This document shows positions 45,301 through 58,100 of a DNA stretch of 64,000 nt, one piece after another. Position 1 is the first letter of the stretch. Every line of letters starts with the position of its first letter. The position numbers and the translations under genes are program-made. Source of the stretch: Salpingoeca rosetta (taxonomy: Eukaryota > Protista > Choanoflagellata); assembly GCA_033442325.1 (NCBI GenBank), contig JAWQFM010000024.1, positions 757,716 to 821,715 on the forward strand, read 5' to 3'. Below the pieces are notes generated by a model, which did not search any database, was not told the DNA's origin, and worked only from the letters and a program-made list of their open reading frames with translations.

Positions 45301-48300
45301 CACGTCCGTGGGCGCGGGGATGGTCACGTCCACGAACGCGCTCGACTCAACAAGGTCAACCGAGTCTGTCTCCGGATCGGCGTTTGGTGACTCGCACAGC
45401 ACCGTCCACGTGGCGCTCAGCAAATTGCCAGAGCCGGAGCCCTGTGCCAGCACGTGCCTGTTGTCAAAGACGAGGTCGCCCGTGGACGGCACAGCAATCA
45501 CGCCGCGGTTCGCCTGGTCCACGGAGAGGCGAAGGCCAGTCTCCGGGCCAACGACCATGCGCGAGCCGTCCTGGAAGCGCGCAAACGCGGCCACGCTGCC
45601 CACCTCCTGCTCCTGGTCCAGCGCCTGCGAGATGGAGACGACCGAGGCCGACGCCAGGCCCGTGAAGGGGCTGTACAGCGGCTTGACCGTCATGTCCGTG
45701 AACACGATGAGCTCCAGCTCGTCCACCAGCAGGCTGGCAACGGTGCTGCCGCCGAGGCTCGGCACGGGCACGCTGCCCACGGCCTCCACTGTGGTGTTGC
45801 CAATGGTGCGCTCTGGCACAGCCGGGTTGATGACGGCAACGACTGCGCTTCCGAGGCGGAAGCCCCGCGCCACGTTGCCCTGCATCTGGATGGCGGTGGA
45901 CTGCGCCGCACCCGTGGCGTCGAGCGCCTGCAGCACGCCGCTCACGTCCTTGGTCACGCGCACGCGCACGGCGCCGGCGCCGCTCTCCATGCGGCTGAAC
46001 ATGGCAAAGGCGTGGATGCGGGTGTCCTGGAACTTGTCGCGGCACGTGGACGCGTCCTCGTCAAACCACTGCCACCCGGCCACGCGCGCCAGCATCGGGT
46101 TGTCCGCCTGCAGCTCAATCGGCAGCTGCGGCGCCCACACCTCACCAAGGCAGTCGCCGTTGGCGGTGGTGTTGCTCACGGCGTCGCGCACAGACACGGC
46201 GATGCTGGCGCCGGTCATGCCAGACGTCTCGTCGCCAGCGAGGACCACGCTTGAGCAGTCACTGCTCACGTCCCACACGTGCGGGTGGCGGGAGCTGCAG
46301 GACAGGCCTGGCGTTCCCGTGGTGCCGGTGACAAGCTGCATGTCGCCGGCAGCGTCGCTGGTCACGATGCGCAGCGGGAACGTCTGCTCCCCGCCGTTGA
46401 CGATGCAGGTCGTTTCGACAAATATGCAGCACTGGAGAATTCGCAGACAAATCAGGTATACCTGACTGATACATCGGTAAGTCGACTGGCCGCCTCATCG
46501 GAACCCCCAAGAGTGCTCCTTTTTCTACAAGCTGTTAAGACTCATAATCCTACTGTGTGTATCTGGATGTGATAATGGTCTTCCCGAGGTCAATTGTAAC
46601 TGATCCTCGTTCGGAGTCCCGCCGTGCCAGCAAGTTTTCACCATGTACGTATCGAGCGTACGAAGTGGGTTCGCGAACCGCCGTCCGACATATCGTAGTA
46701 ACGGACGCTTTCTAAAACCAACCTATATCCGGAATTCGCCTGATATGTATGACCTAGGCGACGCTACTGGAAGCAAGTATCACATAGTGTTGCGTTCTGG
46801 TTTCGAATCTCACACTCGTTCCTCATCGTGGGAGAGTACACAGCGGAGACTTATACAGAACTCCTTCGGACACTAACGGACATGGCCTAATTGGCGCGCA
46901 GCACCTTGCCCTTGAAGGCGGGGTGCGTGGGCAGCTCCACGAGGATGTTGCGGTTCAGCGTCCAGGGCTGCTCCTGCACAAGCGACACAGAGGGCAGCAG
47001 CGTGAGCGGGGCGCGCTCGTCCTCAAAGCCCGCCTGCACGGTCAGGGTGCGGCCGACACCGGCCACCGTGAACCATGCCGCGGGCACGGCGACGTTCACC
47101 GTGCACACGCCCAGGCGCGAAAACTGGTTGGTGCTGGAGCCCGCGGTGCAGGCCTGCTCCACGGCAACCGTGCTTGGGTCTGCGACGCCGAGGTCCGAGG
47201 CCAGGCCCGCGTCTGGAGTGATGCGCACCTTGACCGCCGTCAGCAGCGACGGCGGCGAGAAGTGCTCCGTGCGCACCTGCGCAGACACGCGCACGTACGC
47301 GTCGTCATGGTACACCTTGCTGGTGAGCAGCTCCACCCGCACCTGGTCAATGGCGCTCGGCACAGACGTGAACGCGCGCGAGACGGTGCCGGAGGCGAGG
47401 GCGGCCTCAAACGTGCCGCCCAGCCCCGTGTAGGTGGACGTGTAGTCGAGAATGTCAAACGTGTAGATGAGGTGGAACGTCACGTCCGCGTCCGTCGCCA
47501 GGCCGTTCAAGTCCATGGCCGTGACGCGGAACGTGACCGTCTCGCCCTGCTCGCGCACGATGACCGCGCTCACGGCAATCTCGCCCGTCTCCTCGTCAAT
47601 GTAGTACTCGCCGCCGCCGGCGTCTGGCGTCTTGAAGGAGTAGCGGACCACGGAGAAGTTGCCCGTGTCGCGGTCCGTGGCGTTGAGCTGCAGCACGACC
47701 GTGTCCTGCAGCGTGCCAATGCGCACGTTGGCCTCGTAGTGTGCCAGGTTGGACGTGTTGGCGGGGTAAAACGTGGCGTCGCCCTGCAGCGCCGGCCCAA
47801 ACATGGGGTGGTTGTCGTTGACATCCTCCACAATGACGGACACGGTGGCGGTGGTGGTGTGGAAGGGGAACGTCTGGTCCTGCGCCTGCACCGTCAGCAC
47901 AAACTGCGCCCGCGCCTCGCGGTCGAGCGGCAGCGTGTGCGTGATCTCGCCCGACACGGGGTCAATCTCAAACGTGACGGGGTCGTCGGTGCGGTCAACA
48001 ATGCTGTAGCGCACCTCCGCGGAGAGCCCAATGTCATCGTCCGTGGCCTGCACCGTGCCCACGGTCGACAGCGCCGGGGAGCTCTCCAGAAGCGAGAACG
48101 TGTACGTGGACAGGGTGAACACGGGTGAGAACGAGTTGGTGCACTCGCTCGTGGCAACGTCGTTGTCCAGGGTGGTGAGTGGGCTGTAGCCCGGCACGTT
48201 AACCTCCAGCGTCTGGCTGTCCCGCACGGGAAGGTTGAAGTTGATGGTGTCCGGGTACAGGAGCGGGGTCACAGACTCGGGCGGCCCGACGATAAACTCG

Positions 48301-49072
48301 ATGCGCGTGGGGTCTGTGCGCAGGTTGGAGTTGAGGGTGACCACCACCACTGAGACACCAATGGAGCCCACGTTGTCCGTGGTCATGTCTGTCTGGATGG
48401 CGGCCGCATACACACCGGCAGACGGGTTGACGCGCTCCGCGCGGATGAGCCCGCCAAACACGCCGTTCGACTGGCCCGTGTGGTCGATGCCAGCCACCTT
48501 GGTGCCCAGGCACTGCGGGCAGTCGTCCACCGACGAGGCAAACAGGCTGGTCATGGCGGACTGCTTGGAGGCGAGGTCAAAGAAGACGTACGTCTGCTGC
48601 TGGGCGTCGGGCGCGGTGTCACCCACGTCACCCTTCTGCAGCACCGTAGCCTCCAGGTACACGACACACCCGGCATCGCTCGTTACGTTGATGGGCTTGA
48701 CGGTGAGGTCGTTGAGGAAGCGCGACAGCTGCACGGAGGCCTTGGCCAAGTAGAAGGCATCGATGCTGTCAATGAGGCCGTTGCGGTCCGCATCCATGTT
48801 GTTCAGCTGCCGCAACGAGGGCGGCGAGGCAAGGAAGGCCGGGCCATACGTACCCGTGAACCCAACCAGGTCCTCCACAACGTACTGCAGCGTGTACGCC
48901 ACATCAACAATGTCAAACACGCAGTCGCCGTTGGCGTCGCCCGTCTCTGCGTCGCTGCCGCACGTGTCTGCACGGCGGCCACGCGACAGCACGCGCTGGC
49001 TCTTCTGCTGCTTGCCTGCCGACGTGTAGCGGACAAACGAGGGTGGCACGTTCACTGTTGCAACAACGTCTT

Positions 49073-49105
<33 letters not shown>

Positions 49106-52100
49106 GACGGCGGCGCCGGGCCGCGCTCAGCTGCACGTTGACCAGGCCAGCCACAAAGTCGCGGTCGGGCGTGCCAATCGGCGTTTGCCCAGACACAATG
49201 TCCGCCTCCACAAGCTGCTCCACAACGCCGCGAATCTGGGTGAGCCCGGTGCCGATGACGTTGAACTTGATGGTGGCGACGTGGTAGGCAGCGCCCTGTT
49301 GCGTGGCGTCGCTTGGGGAGCCGGACACGACGTACTCGCCTGGCGGGTCGTTGGTCTGCGCCACGAGCGGGCCGCCGCCCCAGTTGGCGCCCTCCGTCAG
49401 GCCGTTGTCCACGGCCTCCAGCTTGGCGTCGTCGTAGAACATGCGCAGCGTGAAGGCACCAAACGGCGTGTTGGCCACGTTCATGGCCACGCGCACGGTG
49501 ATGGTGTCGCCCACACTGGCGGGCTTGACGGGGATGCCGCTGCTGTCGCCCAGGTCAATGTCGGCAAAGGCCGGCTGCAAGTTGCACGCGAAGGACCTCG
49601 TCGCAGTGACGGAGGTGCCAACTGCGCTCGCCGTCAGCACCACGTTCTCGTGGTAGTTTCCGCGCAGGGTGACGGTGCCGCGCGCAGCGTCCACGGTTGC
49701 GGGCTGCGTCGTGCTGAGGGAGAAGGAGATGAGGCCCGGCAGCGTCGGGTCGCCGTTGTTGGCAAACAGCGTCAAGTACTCCGTGCCGTCGCTCAGCACG
49801 CACGCAAGCTTGGCCTGCGACGTCTGCTGGTCAATCACGCCCGTGAGCGTGGAGACGAAGGAGAAGCTCTTCAGCTGCGTCACCTGCACGGGGTTCTGGT
49901 CGTCCACGGTGATCTGCAGCGAGGACGCCTCCACGCCGGCAAACGCACCAATCAGGTCCACCGTGCCTTCGTTCAGGGCCTCCATCAGCTTGATGGTGCC
50001 AGAGTCGCCAATGGCCACCACGTTGTTGTTGGGCGTGGTCGTGCCCGCGCTGTACGTGACGTAGCTCGTCTCCGGGTGGGTGTTCACAGACAGGGTCGTG
50101 CCGTCGGAGATGCTCAGGGTCATGGCAAGCACGGCGCTCTGGCGCACGGACGTTGGGCCGATGCGGCTCAGCGTCGTCTCAGACACGGAGGCTGACCCAG
50201 AGTACGTGGGGTAGGGCGAGGAGAACACGCTCACGCCAGCCAGCTTGACAACCTTGACGTTGACGCCGTTGCCCGGGAGGCTGCGCAGGAGCGTTTCGTT
50301 GAGGTTGGTGAAGGTGACAAAGAGGCGGCCCGTGCCCACGTCCCCGTTGGAGTTGGGCACGATGCGCTGGGCATCGCCGTTGCGCTCCACGGTGAACAGG
50401 CCGTTGCTGTCCTCCAAGCGGTACTCGATGCGGTCGTCGAGGGTCATCTCCTTCTTGCGGTTGCCATCGTACAGCAGGAACACGCGCACGGTGCTGAACG
50501 TCTTGATGGAGCTCTCGCGGGCCAGCGGGTCCGCCGACGACACGATCCGGCTCTCCGAGGACGTGATCTCCACGCCAATCGGGTCAGCCAGCGTGACCTC
50601 GAGGTCCACGTTGCGCGTGGCGATGGTCTGTCCGCACGCCTGCCACGCCGCCGTCACGCGCACGCTGTCAGAGTCCGTGCCGGCCACCACCTGGTCCGGC
50701 ATGATGGACGCCACCGCAGCGTTGGAGGACGTGAGCATGAGCCCGTTGGCCGAGGACACGGCAACACGCGTGCCGTCGTCCATGACGGCGGACGCAATCA
50801 CGTGGCCGATGCGGCCCTCCACGTCAAGCTTGAGCGAGTACTGCGCAAGCGCGGCGGGGGAGCTGGACCGGGCGTACGTGGTCGTGGACTGTGGCTCCTC
50901 AAGCGTGAGCTCAGAGGCCACCACGACGTTCAGGTCAATCACGCCCACGGGGTCCGTGGTCACGTCGACGGCGGTCGTGCCCACGGTGCGGCCATCGCTC
51001 GTCACAACAGACACCTGCGCGCTGCCCACGCTCTGGCCCGTGATGGTGGGCGGGGACGCCGTCTTGCTCAGCGCCACGTTACCGTTGCTCACGGCCAGGC
51101 GCGACTTGACGGTCTCCGTCACATCCACCGTCACCACGGCCGAGCCAGAGCCCAGGGAGAAGTCCGCGTGGGCAGCAATGTCCGCCGACTGGAAGATGGC
51201 GGCGCAGGCGTTGGCCTCGTCGCGGTACTCGGAGAACTGGCCCAGGCTGGCATCGCTCGTGGTGAGGGCAAGCGGCGTGGCCGGGTGCCACACCTTGAAG
51301 GGCACGCGCGTGGAGGCGCTGCCAATGGTGACAACCACGTCCGCGCTGGTGGCCCCGCTCGTCTCCGTGCCGTCCAGGCGCATGGAGCAGCCCGAGGTCT
51401 GCAGCACAGCCGCGTTGGCGCTGCTGCAGCTGGCGCTCGCAGACGAGCACGAGTCGCTGCAGGCCGCGGTGGCCGACGAGCGCGGGCAGGCGTAGCACGC
51501 GAGCGTGGTGATGCCAACCGTCTGCGCGCTGCCCGTGAGCCGCGCCGTGTTGACCACCTGGCTCTGAGCTGCGTAGGCAATCACGCCGCGCACGCCGTTG
51601 GCGGCAATGTACACCTGGCCGGTGCGGCCCGTGCCCGAGCGGGAGATGAAGGTGCCGGCAACAGAGCCCGTCTGGCCGCGCACCTTGACACGCGACACGC
51701 GCGTGCTGCCAAGGCCCTCCACCACCATGCTCATGGAGGCAAAGGCGTCCGTGGTAGCGCCAGACTGCACAATGTAGTCGATGGTAATGAGCTGCTGGCG
51801 ACCCACCTCGCCCTGCTGAATCTTGTCCGGCACGGCGTTGGCGGCAATGACCGTGGTCGAGCCAGACTCGGTGACAATGGAGTTCCACAGCGACGAGTCA
51901 ATGTTGATGCGCTCCAGGGCAATGTTGCTGTCTGTGGTGAAGGAGAGCGTGAACGTCGTCACGTAGTATGTCACGTCCGTGGACACGGTGGCGCGGAAGC
52001 GCTGGCCAGGGTACACGGGCCGGCCAGGCAGCTCCTGCACAACGTCGTCCACGTACAGCGAATCCGACACGCTGATGCGCGGGCGCAGCAGCACCGATGC

Positions 52101-55100
52101 CAGGTCAGTCATGGTGCTGCCGGCGATGCCATAGCGCACGGTGACGCGGTGGTCCTCGCCCGGAACGAAGTACGCCGCGGGCAGGTCCGCGGTCGTCAGC
52201 GAGCACACGCCCGTGTTGACGTTGGTGGTGCACTGCTTGGAGATGCTCGAGCTCTGGATGTCAAGCAGCGCCTGGTCCGGCACCAGCTCCACGCGCACGG
52301 TGGTGGCGGAGAGGCGGGAGGAGAAGTCCTCATCCCGCACTTGCAAGGCCACGCGGACGGATGCGTCGTCGTACCACACCTCGTCGTCATCGTTCAGCAG
52401 CACCGCCCGCACCGTCGTCGCGTCCTTGCGCGCGTCGCGGAAGTTGCCAGAGGCGCTCAGGGCACCAAACTGCGTGGTGACGGTGCCTGTGCTCAGCACG
52501 TTGGCGTCCACCAGGAGGCCAAACTGCTGCTGCACGTCGCCATTGGCGTTGCGCGCCGTGTTGCCGATGAGGAAGCCGCGCCCAGAGATGGAGAAGGTGG
52601 GCAGCAGCTCGTCCACCACCAGCACACGCAGCGTCATGGTGCCCTGCCTGGCCTGCGGCCGGCCTTGGTCGTCCGCCTCAATGGTGAGGGTGAACGCGGT
52701 GGGCAGGTCCGAGGACACGTCGCGGCCCGTGCGCACCTCGCCACTCAGCCGATCGATGGTGAACGTGTTGCCGACGTTGCCGTCCAGGATGCTGTAGGCG
52801 ATGCCGCTCGTCTCACCGCACGCCGCATCGCCGTCCGTGGCCATGACCGTGGCCACCAGCACGCCGGCCTTTGCGCCAGAGGAGATGGACGTGCTCACCT
52901 GCGTCTGGTTGAACGCCGGTGCGGCCGTGTTCTCCTCCACCACGCGCACGTTGACAAAGCCCTGCGTCTGCATCACGGGGATGCCGCCGTCGCGGGCCAT
53001 GACGCTCAGCTGCACCGCGGCGTCCGTGAAGCCGCACAGCGAGCGGGTGAGCGTGAGCACGCCCGTTGCCGGGTCCAGGCTGACGTAGCCCGGGTGGCTG
53101 GTGGACACCAGCGAGAACCGCAGGAGCGCGTTAGGACCAGAGTCTGCGTCCGTGGCGTTGATCTGAAAGATCGGCGTTCCCACGGCCGCGGCGCGCCCAA
53201 GGGTGGCGACAAACGGCGACTGCCCAAACACGGGCGCGTTGTCGTTGGCGTCAAGCACGTTCACGGTGATGGTGCCGCTGCCCGTGCGAGCAGGGACACC
53301 GTGGTCGCGCATGCTCACGCCAAAGGAGTACGTGGTTTGCGACTCGTAGTCGACCTGGGTCTTCAGGTACAGGCCACCGTCCTTCCGCAGCTCAAAGGGG
53401 AAGTTCGCCAGGGCAACGGGGTCGGTCTCCGTGAGGAAGTAGCTGATCACGCTGGCATTACCCGCGTCAGCATCAACCGCCTGCAGCGTGGTGATGAGCG
53501 TGCCGTTGGCTGCGCTCTCACTCAAGGAGGTGGTGGCGGTGCCGCTGGGGAACGCGGGTGTGTTGTCGTTGACGTCGTCGATGCGAATCGTCACCTCCAC
53601 GGAGCCAACGTTGGGTGGCATGCCGTTGTCCGTGGCCTGCACCAGCAGCTGGTACGTGGCAAACGTCTCACGGTCAAGCGCGGACGCAACGGTGATGGCG
53701 CCCGTGCTGGCGTTGATGGCAAAGTCGCCGCGCGAGCCGAGCGCAATACTGTACATCACAGTCGTGGCAACCGTGTCCCGCTCCGTGGCCACCAGCTGCA
53801 GCGCCAGGTCGCCCACGCTCGCGTCCTCAGACACGTGCACCTCGTAGCTCGTCTGGTTGAACACGGGCGCGTTGTCGTTGACGTCGGCAACAAAGATGAT
53901 GGCGGTGATGTAAGTGGTGTGCACGGGCGTGCCGCTGTCGGAGGCAGACACGTTGAGCGAGAACTGGCTCCTCGTCTCAAAGTCCAGCGACTTTCGCAGC
54001 CACAGCGCGCCCGTGTCCGCGTCCAGCTCGAAGGTGTCGTCAACGTTGCCGGACACGATGGCGTACGTCACGCGCGAGGCCGGCGAGTTGTCCGCATCCG
54101 TTGCCGTGATGTTGAGGATGACGGTGTCGTTGAAGGCGTCGCCTTCCGGCAGGCGGCGGCTGTAGAAATCGGGCACGGAGAACACGGGCGAGTGGTCGTT
54201 GACATCCAGCACCTCCACAATCACCGTTGTTTCGTCCTGGAAGTCGATGTTGCCGGCATCGTGCACGCGAACCGTGACGTTGTACGTAATCTGGCCCATC
54301 TCGCGGTCGAGCGTGATCAGGGACACCAGGCGACCGTCGGGCTCCACCGTAAAGGAGCCAGGCACCTCCTCCGACAGGAGCGTGAACACGCTGATGTTGT
54401 TCGGGTAACTGTCCAGGTCTGTGGCGGGGAGCAAAATGGTGGTGTTGCCACCGTCCACTTGCTCGGGCACGCGGAAACGAAGCGGGTGTGACGGGAAGCG
54501 CGGTGGCTCGTCGTTGACGTCCGTCACCCGCACCGTGACGGCCGTGGTGTCGTTGAAGGAGGCCACAACCGGGTCGCGGGCCAGGACCACGACGTGGTAC
54601 GTGGTACGCTGCTCGCGGTCGAGCACGGGCGCGTTGCCAGACGCGTTGGCGTTGAAGGACAGCATGCCCGTCGCCGCGTCGATGGAGAAGAAGTTTTGCT
54701 CGTTGCCGGCGACAATCGAGTACACAATCTGCGCGTTGCTGCCCGTGTCCGCGTCCACCGCCTGCACCTGCACCAGGTCAACGTCGGCCACCTCATCCTC
54801 GGCGACGTGGGCAACAAAGGCCTGCTCAAACACGGGCGGGTTGTCGTTGACGTCGGTGACGGTGATGCGCACGCTGCCCGAGCGTGTGAGCGGCGGGGTG
54901 CCGCCATCGGAGGCCAGAATCTGCAGGTCGCGCGTGGTTGCTGCCTCGTAGTCAAGCATCTTGCTGAGCGTCAGCTCGCCCGTGGCGCGGTCCAGGGAGA
55001 AGGCGGCGTCGTCGTTGCCAGACACAATGCTGTAGCGCACCTGTCCGCCGGCGCCGAGATCCGGATCGCGCGCCAACACGGTGAGCAGCGACGAGCCCGC

Positions 55101-58100
55101 GGCCGTGGACTCAGGGATGGATGCGGTGAACTGCGTCTTGGAGAAGGTGGGCACGTTGTCGTTTATGTCCAGAATGTCAATGAGGATGTTGATCGTGTCC
55201 GTGAGCGGGTTCTCCACAACGTCGTCCGTCACCCTGACGCTGAGCACGTACAGGGCGGCCGTCTCGCGGTCCACCGACCCGTTGATGCTGATCACGCCCG
55301 TGCTGGGGTCAATGGCAAACGCGTCCGCCACGTTGCCGCTGACGATGCTGTAGGTGAGGGCGGCCGTGTCCCCGCAATCCGCGTCAGTGGCAGCGACCGT
55401 GGTCACCACATGGCCGTCTGCCGCGCCTTCGGACACGTTGAGCTGCAGCGTGGCCACGGGGAACTGCGGCGCGTGGTTGTTGACGTTGAGCACGGTCAGG
55501 GTCACGGTCACCGAGGTGGACTGGCCACCGGTGCCAAACGCGCCCTCAGAGGCCACCACCGTCAGCGTGTACACAGACTGGTCGGCGGCACACAGCGCCT
55601 GCGTGCTGGTGATGGCGCCCGTGACGGTGTCGATGGCCCAGCGGCCCAGCGCGTTGCCCGTGGTGATGGTGTAGCGGACGGGGCGCGCTTGCGTGCGATC
55701 GCCGTCCACGGCCTCCACCGTCAGCACGGTCGTGCCCGCGGCAATGGTCTCCTGCACGTCTGCGCTGTACGAGGCCTGGGAGAACACGGGCGGGGAGTCG
55801 TTGGCGTCGGCGATCACTACCACGAGCGGCGCCGTGCTCACGCGGCGCACGGGCGTCTGCTCGTCCGAGGCCTGGATGCGAAGCACAAAGCTGCTGCGCT
55901 CCTCGCGGTCCAGCGAGCGCAGCAGCCGCACCACACCGGTGCTGTTGTCGATGGTGAAGTGCGGGTCCGTGGCGTTGTCGCCGCTGATGATGGAAAAGGC
56001 GATGGCCTCCGTGTCGCCGCAGTCCTCGTCCGTGGCGCTCACCTGCGCCACAAACTCGCCGGGGCCGGCAAGCTCCGAGACGACAATCGGGTAGGAATCC
56101 ACGCTCAGCACGGGGTCGTGCAGATTCTCGTTGGACACGTTGATGGTCACCGTGGCCGTGGCCGTGTCGACAGAGTCTGTCGCCTGCACCGTGAGCACAT
56201 GCTGGGGGTTCCGCTGCGCGCACAGCGGCGCCTGGTTCACCAGCTCGCCGCTCACGGGGTCCAGGCGGAACGTGTCGTCGACGTTGCCGGCGATGATGCT
56301 GTAGCTCACGGTATCGGTGCCCTCGGGGTCGGTCGCCGTCAGGCGCACGATGGGCGAGTCAATGACATTGGCCTCCCCCAGCGTCACCATGTACGAGCTC
56401 GGGTTGAACACGGGCGGCTCGTCGGGAACGTTGCCCACCTTGATCACCAGCGTCAGGCGGCCCACGCGAGAGGGCACGCCGTCGTCGCGCGCGTCAATGG
56501 CCACCGTGTACTGCGTGCGCGTCTCGTAGTCCAGGGCGCGCAGCAGCGTGACAATGCCCGTGCTCGCGTCAATGCCAAACTCCTGGTTGGCAGACAGGTC
56601 AGAGTCGAGCGTGTTGATCGAGTACCGCAGGCCAAGCGCGTCGCCGCAGTCGGCGTCCGTCGCCGTCGCCTGCAGCACAAACGTGCCCATGGCCGTGTTC
56701 TCGGGCACTGTCACGGTGAGCGTGGCGGGCGAGAACGTTGGCGCGTTGTCGTTGACGTTGGAGATGGTCACGTCCAGGACAGCGTAGCCAACCAGGCCAT
56801 CAAAGCGCGAGTCGCGAATCTCCAGCACCAGCGAGTACGCCGGCGCCGTGCGCGCGCACTGCGCCACCAGCAGCGTCACCGCGCCCGTGCTCGCGCCCAG
56901 GTCAAACACGTTGGCGTCGTTGCCAGAGGCAATCGTGTACGTGTACGTGGTCCCGGCGGTCGCCGATGCCACCGTCGTGAGCACGCTGCCTGTGGCGGTT
57001 GTCTCCGGCACGCTCACCGTGTATTTGTTCTGGGAGAACTGGGGCGTGTTTGGCGCGGGCGCCTGCTTGGTGATCTGCACCTCAACGAGCGTGGAGCGGC
57101 CGCCGGCGTCCGTGGCCACGGCGTCCAGCACGTACGGCGTGTCCTGCGTCAGCGGTGCGACCACGGTGATCACGCCCGTCGTTGGGTGGATGGTGAAGGC
57201 AAACTGCGTGTTGCGGTTCAGCGTGTACGTGATGCTGTCGTCGCAGTCGGCGTCCGTGGCCCTGACGCGGCCGGCGTACGCGTTGAGGGAGCTGTCTGCG
57301 GTGAAGCTGTAGCTGGCCTGCTCAAACACCGGCGACGCCGCATTGGACGCGGAGAAGCTCAGCTGGACAACCGTGCCCGCGCTGCGTGCCTCCGGCTGGC
57401 CGTCGTCCGTCGCCGTCACCACCAGTGTGTACGAGCTCTGCGTGCGCGAGCACACGGGAGCGGCCAGCGTCAGGCTGCCCGTCACAGCGTCAATGGCAAA
57501 CACGTTGCCCGTGTTGCCGGAGGTGATGGCATAGGCAATGTTGTCGCCGTCCGCGTCGGTCGCCCCGACCAGCACGAGCTCCGTGCCAGTCGACACAGAG
57601 TCGGCAAACGTGCCGCTGTACGTGGCAGCAAACACGGGCGCGTACTGGTTCACGTTGAGGACGGTGACGAGCACGGTGGCGGTGGAGGTGCGCGGGGACG
57701 AGGCAAAGTCATCCGTGGCGGCTACGGTGAGCGTGTGTTGCGCAGCGCCACCGCTGCTCACGTCTGCGTTGAGCGGCTGCACAACAGCGAGCTCGCCCGT
57801 CTCGCGGTTGATGGCAAACAGGCCGTTGCTGTTGCCGCCGGTGATGCGGTATGTGACCGCGTCCCGGCAGTCGGCGTCGGTTGCCTGCAGCTGCAGCAGC
57901 ACGCTGCCCACGCTGCCCGTCTCCGAGACGTTGACGCTGTACTGGGCCTGGGAGAAGGCGGGCGCGGCCGTGTTGGCCGGCACCACGCTCACGTCCACCA
58001 GCGTGTACGACTGCAGGTCGGGCCGCGTCTTCGACTGCGCCTGCACCTGCAAGCTGTACGCGTCCTCCGACGCAGCGCACACGCGCGACATGAGCGTGAT

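Noticed and set aside
46643-46876. 77-aa plus-strand ORF in the foreign block (RSGF and PTY each occur twice)
   Set aside because: Short, no host codon bias and no recognisable domain; compatible with chance.
46887-46889. TAG as the natural end of a 5702-aa secreted cadherin, with a separate gene downstream
   Set aside because: The stop falls mid-domain at the edge of the foreign block. The downstream piece has no ATG or signal peptide and continues the same supermodule collinearly with copy 1.
46411-46890. Foreign block as a transposon/MITE, CRISPR-like array or structured RNA gene
   Set aside because: No TIR or TSD and no periodic repeat. The few recurring 8-mers (GAATTCGC, CCTCATCG, TAACGGAC) are near the number expected by chance in 480 bp, and I see no tRNA, snRNA or rRNA signature.
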